Of a stretch of 15,969 nt of DNA, positions 1-5,053 are shown in pieces. The position numbers and the translations under genes are program-made. The notes under the pieces are model-generated. The model was not told the origin of the DNA and did no database searches. It saw nothing but the letters and a program-made list of their open reading frames with translations. How positions within the stretch are numbered: the first letter of the stretch is position 1; every line of letters starts with the position of its first letter. The stretch comes from a virus: IMG/VR virus record IMGVR_UViG_3300020217_000047, positions 1 to 15,969 of that record. One strand, given 5' to 3'.

Positions 1-84
1 CGAGAAAAAAATTGTAGACCTGTCCCACCCCTGTTAACATATATCGAACAAAAATGCAACAAAAAAGTACAACAAATTTTCGAC

Positions 85-102
85 AAAATAAAATTTTATT
101 TT
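85..102. repeat. Perfect 18-bp AT palindrome AAAATAAAATTTTATTTT inside the ITR (mirror copy at 15868..15885)
   Basis: Read directly: a85-a93 is the reverse complement of t94-t102. Confidence 0.9.
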
Positions 103-110
103 CATCAATT

Positions 111-125
111 TTTGTCTAAGACAAA
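111..125. repeat. Inverted repeat TTTGTCT-A-AGACAAA inside the ITR (mirror copy at 15845..15859)
   Basis: Read directly: two 7-bp arms around one central base. It shares the GACAA/TTGTC half-site with the palindrome at 15566..15582. Confidence 0.85.
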
Positions 126-149
126 TTTAAAAATAAAACAAATTTACCC

Positions 150-177
150 TTGCAATATTTTTCTATTTTGGTATACT
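150..177 (+). promoter_or_regulatory. Left-end early promoter, sigma-A-like: TTGCAA, 16-nt spacer, TGgTATACT (extended -10)
   Basis: The -35 TTGCAA (150-155) lies inside the ITR. The -10 TATACT (172-177), preceded by TG at 169-170, lies outside it. An A/T-rich UP-like tract sits upstream, and an SD plus ORF start about 20 nt downstream. Confidence 0.6.
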
Positions 178-209
178 AGACTTATAGAAATTTTAGGGAG
201 GTGTTAAAA

Positions 210-380
210 ATAGAATCATACATTATAGAAATTGTTTCTATTAATGAAGATGGTAAAATTCACAAGTACAAAAATGAACACCATTCACTAGAATTAGCAG
301 TAAGAGATATTTTAACTTATCACAAAAGAAATTACAGAACACTAGAATATAATATAAGAAAGGAGGATAGATTATTTTGA
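210..380 (+). CDS. Hypothetical early protein, 56 aa (IESYIIEIVSINEDGKIHKYKNEHHSLELAVRDILTYHKRNYRTLEYNIRKEDRLF); start codon non-canonical or uncertain
   Basis: Translated by hand; not in the ORF track. The frame is open from 180 to TGA at 378-380. A strong SD, GGAGG (197-201), sits 8 nt upstream of ATA at 210. The only canonical in-frame start is GTG at 201-203, which lies inside the SD. The stop overlaps the TTG start of the next ORF. Confidence 0.5.
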   Translation: MESYIIEIVSINEDGKIHKYKNEHHSLELAVRDILTYHKRNYRTLEYNIRKEDRLF

Positions 381-541
381 AACAATTCTATCTAATTAAA
401 CAGTGGGGTAAAGAACGATCTATAATTTCTCCAATCAAACTAAAAAGTGGTTTTGTAGAAGAAGGAAACCATTTAATAATGAACAATACTAAAATAGTAG
501 AGTTAGAAGAACATGGTACAAAATTTATTAGTTTAGTATAA
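377..541 (+). CDS. Hypothetical early protein, 54 aa (MKQFYLIKQWGKERSIISPIKLKSGFVEEGNHLIMNNTKIVELEEHGTKFISLV), TTG start
   Basis: Translated by hand; not in the ORF track. SD AGGAGG (361-366) lies 10 nt upstream of TTG at 377-379. The start overlaps the upstream stop (TTGA), implying translational coupling. Stop is TAA at 539-541. Confidence 0.6.
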   Translation: MKQFYLIKQWGKERSIISPIKLKSGFVEEGNHLIMNNTKIVELEEHGTKFISLV

Positions 542-574
542 CTTATCACATGTAAACATGTACACATTTAAAGT

Positions 575-611
575 AAAAAAGAAGGGATAACTTTTCCATC
601 GTTATCCCTTC
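575..611 (-). terminator. Intrinsic terminator closing the long - strand operon (11-bp stem, 9-nt loop, T-run on the - strand)
   Basis: GAAGGGATAAC (581-591) pairs with GTTATCCCTTC (601-611). On the - strand the hairpin is followed by TTTTTT (575-580). On the + strand it is followed by CACCAAGC with no T-run, so it is mainly unidirectional. Confidence 0.7.
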
Positions 612-703
612 ACCAAGCAATGTATAACTTTCCACATTATACATCAATCAAGATATACTATTATGAACACATATATGTGTAACGTACATTTATTATATCA
701 TAT

Positions 704-1468
704 CTATGAATAAATGTCATTTACTTTTCTCATAACCTCATCATAATACTCTCCTAATGCCTTTTTACGTTCATTCCCATTCCCAAAATCCCCACGAATG
801 GTACGTTTTACTAGATCATCTATATCAACAATAGATTGATGATTACTAGAATTATCAACATTACCATTAATAATGTTTTGTACCCTTTCATAATATACAC
901 CTAGTTTCCTTTTACGTTCTTCACCATTCCCATATTTCCCTGCTATTGTATCCTTAACTAATTGATCTATTTTAACCTTATCCTTTTTTGAAGTAGGTTT
1001 ATTTCCTTTTACTTTTTCTTTAAATACACTCCAAGTAATTCCTTTATTCCCTGATCGTAAAATTCTTGGACAATTTTTCCCACTCCAGTAATTATGTTGA
1101 ACAACATTTTCGATAGGAATGTTATGCTTATCCATTAAATGCTTCACTAGTTCAATTGTATTATTTACAGTTTGTCTGTAATTACTATCACTATTAACGC
1201 ACATTTCAACACCAATTGAATTTTTATTTCCTTTTACATCTCCTGCATGCCAACATTGAACTTTATCTTTAAAAGATTGCACAATCTCAATATCATCTAC
1301 AGAATAATGCCAAGTTTCCTCACTACCGTTATCTATATATCTTGAATGGTTATCAGCCCCAGCACCTTTAGAAGTATTATCTGTTTCGTGAATAGTGATA
1401 AACTCACAACTATTAACACCATTATAATGATTTGAATTATCCGACAACATTTTTCTAATTTTAACCAT
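704..1468 (-). CDS. Endolysin: N-acetylmuramoyl-L-alanine amidase (Amidase_2/PGRP type) with two C-terminal CW_7 (Cpl-7-type) cell-wall-binding repeats
   Basis: The sequence carries a T7-lysozyme/PGRP-like zinc-ligand pattern (ITIHET ... QHNYWSGKNCP). Two 36-aa repeats are present, IDQLVKDTIAGKYGNGEERKRKLGVYYERVQNIING (nt 863-970) and IDDLVKRTIRGDFGNGNERKKALGEYYDEVMRKVND (nt 716-823), matching the CW_7 GNG-x-x-R...Y..V signature. It is the last gene of the operon, and its ATG overlaps the holin stop (TAATG). Confidence 0.85.
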   Translation of the reverse strand: MVKIRKMLSDNSNHYNGVNSCEFITIHETDNTSKGAGADNHSRYIDNGSEETWHYSVDDIEIVQSFKDKVQCWHAGDVKGNKNSIGVEMCVNSDSNYRQTVNNTIELVKHLMDKHNIPIENVVQHNYWSGKNCPRILRSGNKGITWSVFKEKVKGNKPTSKKDKVKIDQLVKDTIAGKYGNGEERKRKLGVYYERVQNIINGNVDNSSNHQSIVDIDDLVKRTIRGDFGNGNERKKALGEYYDEVMRKVNDIYS

Positions 1469-1707
1469 TATTCATTATCCCCTTTCTTTTTATCTACATT
1501 TTTTTTAACAACCCTTTTCTTTATAGCATCATTCCCTAAAGCCCCGAACCAATAACCAACAATAACAGTCAAAATGGTTCGCAATGTTTCGTCTTCCACC
1601 CCTGCAAATAAACTATAAGCATAAATACCTAATACTACTAACGTAATGACAAGGTGCGACATGATTAAAACCAACCCCATTCTGTCTACTCTTTTTTCTT
1701 TACTCAT
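1468..1707 (-). CDS. Holin (79 aa, two predicted transmembrane helices, highly charged C-terminus)
   Basis: Hydrophobic stretches GLVLIMSHLVITLVVLGIYAYSLFAG and LRTILTVIVGYWFGALG are followed by a KKRVVKKNVDKKKGDNE tail. SD AGGAGGAG lies upstream. The gene sits immediately before, and overlaps, the endolysin gene. Confidence 0.8.
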   Translation of the reverse strand: MSKEKRVDRMGLVLIMSHLVITLVVLGIYAYSLFAGVEDETLRTILTVIVGYWFGALGNDAIKKRVVKKNVDKKKGDNE

Positions 1708-1766
1708 AAAGTAATCTCCTCCTATAAACCTATTATTTCATTATTTACAAAATATTACAATGACCA

Positions 1767-3293
1767 TTATAAATCAGCAGGATTCGGTAGACTTGTTTGA
1801 TTATCTCCTGTAACTTCCAAATAAGGTTCAGGATCAAACGTTGAATTCTCACCACTTGTACTACCATCTTTTGAGAGTACATAATGTAAATGAACCGCGA
1901 TACCTCCACCTGGTGTATTCCCCATTGTGGCTATTTTTTCCCCTGCTTTTACACTATCTCCAACACTCACAACATTGGAATTATTCACTAGATGCATATA
2001 GGTACTGTAATACTCGTCATTATCATGTTTAATTTGCATCATGAAACCTCCTGAATTACTCCATCTTGCAAATTGTACAACTCCAGCATTGGTAGCATAT
2101 ACATCTAAACCTGTTGTACCACCTGCACCAATGTCATACCCTGCATGAAAACGATTTCCACCATTTCTAGTATATCCATAACCCATTTCATGTTGGATTG
2201 TTCCCATTGGATAATTATCTTTTTGCCAAAAATTGACACCACTAGCATTAAAATCTACAGGGAAGTATTTTTCACCATTACCACCATCATTTCCACCATC
2301 ACCATTACCACCATCATCAGGATAGGTAATGTCAGGCTCTATACCATCGATAACATTCCCTAAATTATCTTTACCTGAATTAATAGAATCACTTATATTA
2401 TCTTTCCCTGCTTCTATAATCTCATTTAATATTTCATTAAAATTTAAAGTAGGTTTAATTTTATACATATTATCTAGTTGATTAATAATTTTTAAGAAGT
2501 TATTACCTTGCGTCTTGCTATTACCATATATATATAAATCTTTTGTAAGCATACTTTCTATTTCTTCTATTAACTCGTCTATCATTGCCTGAATTTGAGC
2601 CATTAAATCTTCAACAAAATCATCAAAGGAATCTGTTATTGGCGTAAAATCAATATCTACAATTGGCTCTGGATTAGGATCAGGGTCAGTACCTCCACTT
2701 TCTCCACCAATCACACCGCCCCAATCTTCTATAGCTGAAATCATATTATTAATCGGGGCACCATAATCCTGTACACCATTATATTCTGCTTTTAAACCAT
2801 CAGGATAATAAACTTCCCAAGTTGCCGCGGCTGTTCCCGCAATAACAACCCTACCAATTGTACCAGTTGGTAGGTTGGAAAAGTGGTCATTTCCTGCTTG
2901 CTTCACGTCATCAGGAACAAAATCTTTATAGTTGGCATAATCAATCCAAGCAGGATCATGGTCTGTACTATTGGATTGATCCTCTACCCAACTTCCAACA
3001 CTTTCCGCATCTTGAAAAGGATCACCTGCTGGGGTTGTATGGTTCAACCACCCCCATTGCGCGTTATACCCTTCTGTATATTCATAAGCACCGAAAAAAG
3101 CAGGGGAAACACCTTGATCTTTTACTATGTTTAACACGTCAACAATTTGCGAAACATTACCATTTAACCAAGCTGAAAACCGTCCGTATGACTTCACTTG
3201 TTCTGCCACTTCTTCAACACTTAACCCAAAATCACTTGAAACAGGTGATTCAACAAATTCTTTCATTTTTGGATCTTGAATAACATCTTCCAC
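1767..3293 (-). CDS. Tail-associated peptidoglycan hydrolase (phi29 gp13-like role): C-terminal M23/LytM metallopeptidase plus an N-terminal domain of uncertain, possibly glycosidase, type
   Basis: M23 motifs are present: HxxxD (FHAGYDIG) and HxH (VHLHYV), plus YMHL. A Gly/Asn/Asp-rich linker (DDGGNGDGGNDGGNG, about nt 2270-2325) precedes them. The GTG start at 3293 lies 7 nt after a GGAGG located in the end of the upstream gene. Confidence 0.8.
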   Translation of the reverse strand: MEDVIQDPKMKEFVESPVSSDFGLSVEEVAEQVKSYGRFSAWLNGNVSQIVDVLNIVKDQGVSPAFFGAYEYTEGYNAQWGWLNHTTPAGDPFQDAESVGSWVEDQSNSTDHDPAWIDYANYKDFVPDDVKQAGNDHFSNLPTGTIGRVVIAGTAAATWEVYYPDGLKAEYNGVQDYGAPINNMISAIEDWGGVIGGESGGTDPDPNPEPIVDIDFTPITDSFDDFVEDLMAQIQAMIDELIEEIESMLTKDLYIYGNSKTQGNNFLKIINQLDNMYKIKPTLNFNEILNEIIEAGKDNISDSINSGKDNLGNVIDGIEPDITYPDDGGNGDGGNDGGNGEKYFPVDFNASGVNFWQKDNYPMGTIQHEMGYGYTRNGGNRFHAGYDIGAGGTTGLDVYATNAGVVQFARWSNSGGFMMQIKHDNDEYYSTYMHLVNNSNVVSVGDSVKAGEKIATMGNTPGGGIAVHLHYVLSKDGSTSGENSTFDPEPYLEVTGDNQTSLPNPADL

Positions 3294-3297
3294 GTTA

Positions 3298-5040
3298 TCA
3301 CCTCCAAGTGTTGTCTAATACATTTTGTGTCATTGGATTAGGTGTGTTATTGTTATGCCAAAAACGTACACCGTTTTCAAATTGTGCTTTCATTTGCTCG
3401 ATAAGCGCAACGTCAACATTAGGAATTGTCCAGCTTCCTGAAAATTGAACATAGTTACATATGGTATGAGTGTTTACAACCACCCTACTGTTGTCGTCAT
3501 TTACCAAAAATCCAAACAAATTATAATATTTTTTCAGCTTGTCCAGTTCATGATCTGTTGGTTTACTATGCTTGATGGTTATCCCATAAAAGTTCTCACT
3601 TCTTTTCAAAGCGTTATCCGTACTTTGATTGGTGATTGTGTTATCCCCTAATGCTAAATCTTTTCGTTCTGCTTGCTGTTGTTTATAATAGTCGTGTTCA
3701 TCTGAAAATCGTCCAAATAGATTAGTAGGGGAAACGTTACTAATTAGGTTAGCCGCGTTATAAAAGCGATCTGATAAAGAAGCATTGCTATCCATGACTG
3801 TACCTACACGATTAGATGCAAGTGTACTTTCTTGATAGGCTCGTACATTCGCACTTTTTGACAAGGCAAGGGTATAGTTGTCTATTAATATAGGTATATC
3901 ATCAAAGTTTTTAAAATATATCGCATCATTTAAAAATGAACCTTCTCGATCATGTACCCCTTTATTTTTTACTTTGTAATTGTTTAAATAAACAGCAATT
4001 TCATTATGATACCCTGTTACAATAAGGCTCTTAAATTCAATCCCTGTATCTTCATTTAATAAACCCATATCGACAAGCAAACTTTGCCCGTCCCATGTGT
4101 ATATTTCTGTTGTAGCGTATTCGTTTCTTAATAAATGCCTATGTTCTTCTGATAGACCGTACAGATTATAAAGACTGTCCATTGAGTAATTCCAGTGTTT
4201 TATGTCCTCGTCAAATTCAGTACGATCCGAACTCCCTCCATCTTTAAAAATGGAAACAAAATCAACGTCAATACTATTAATAGATATTCTTTCAAGGTTA
4301 TCATCATTAATAAAGATAGATGGCACCATAATAATAGAAGTAAAGTTTTGAGTAATCCAAGGGTAAGGTGCTAGTAATTCCATTAAGGTTTTAAAATGAC
4401 GTTGTTTGACATGATACAAGTTGACAGGTGAGGACAGATTGTCATAGGTTAATCCCTCGCTTGTTTCGATTTTTGGATCGTCTACATGACCAAAATCTGC
4501 TGTTAAATCACATGTCGATTGTATAATAATGTCGAACTCGTGGAAGTCATATTGTTTTTCAGAAAAATAATGTTTGCTAGACGTTTTCAAAACATCATCA
4601 TTATTTTTTAATTCCCATAATCGTTCATCATATTCATTTTTTCTTAAATGCCTTCTTGTTACTGATAAATTAGGCAACAAGTGAAGTACAGCACCTTGTG
4701 TAAATGTCATGATAGGGTCAATTAACAAATACACCCTGACATTATTATCATTGATATATTCATAATTAATCACATAAGCATAATACCTTGTTTCAGGTTC
4801 AAAGTCTGATAAAAACGTACAATAATTAACACCCCTAAATTCTTTATAAGGGATAGGCACATCAATCGTACTTCTATCCCTGATAAAGTTAAAACGTAAC
4901 CCTTCTGTGTCTAATGTTTCATAATGTCCACCATGTAGAAAAAAGTCGTCACGTTCGGTATTGTTTTCAAAGTGAATCGTATTTTGAAAATCAATTAAAG
5001 GGGTGTTTTTAAAGAATATAAATTCTGTTAAATCGTTCAT
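3298..5040 (-). CDS. Tail knob / distal tail tube protein (phi29 gp9-like), about 580 aa
   Basis: The C-terminal block ICNYVQFSG...IEQMKAQFENGVRFWH resembles, from memory, the phi29 gp9 C-terminus (NYVQTKD...IFDNGITLWH). Size and position match: it lies between the tail fibre and the tail lysin. I prefer the ATG at 5040 (SD AAAGAGGTG, 6-nt spacer) over the track start, a GTG at 5049 that lies inside that SD. Confidence 0.75.
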   Translation of the reverse strand: MNDLTEFIFFKNTPLIDFQNTIHFENNTERDDFFLHGGHYETLDTEGLRFNFIRDRSTIDVPIPYKEFRGVNYCTFLSDFEPETRYYAYVINYEYINDNNVRVYLLIDPIMTFTQGAVLHLLPNLSVTRRHLRKNEYDERLWELKNNDDVLKTSSKHYFSEKQYDFHEFDIIIQSTCDLTADFGHVDDPKIETSEGLTYDNLSSPVNLYHVKQRHFKTLMELLAPYPWITQNFTSIIMVPSIFINDDNLERISINSIDVDFVSIFKDGGSSDRTEFDEDIKHWNYSMDSLYNLYGLSEEHRHLLRNEYATTEIYTWDGQSLLVDMGLLNEDTGIEFKSLIVTGYHNEIAVYLNNYKVKNKGVHDREGSFLNDAIYFKNFDDIPILIDNYTLALSKSANVRAYQESTLASNRVGTVMDSNASLSDRFYNAANLISNVSPTNLFGRFSDEHDYYKQQQAERKDLALGDNTITNQSTDNALKRSENFYGITIKHSKPTDHELDKLKKYYNLFGFLVNDDNSRVVVNTHTICNYVQFSGSWTIPNVDVALIEQMKAQFENGVRFWHNNNTPNPMTQNVLDNTWR

Positions 5041-5053
5041 TAAAAACACCTCT

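Larger units (their letters stand above)
1..160. repeat. Left inverted terminal repeat (160 bp), exact reverse complement of 15810..15969
   Basis: I reverse-complemented the last 160 bases by hand in 10-mer blocks and they match bases 1-160 exactly. Identity ends at 161 (t) versus 15809 (c). The repeat reaches the very first and last base of the window. Confidence 0.97.

Noticed and set aside
201-203. GTG as the start of the first left-end ORF.
   Set aside because: The GTG overlaps the last base of the GGAGG SD (197-201), leaving no spacer, so it is mechanistically implausible. It is kept as a caveat because it is the only canonical in-frame start.
667-680. The palindrome ACACATATATGTGT considered as an independent terminator.
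   Set aside because: The stem is almost entirely A/T, has no loop and has no flanking T-run on either strand. It is recorded only as part of the structured intergenic zone.
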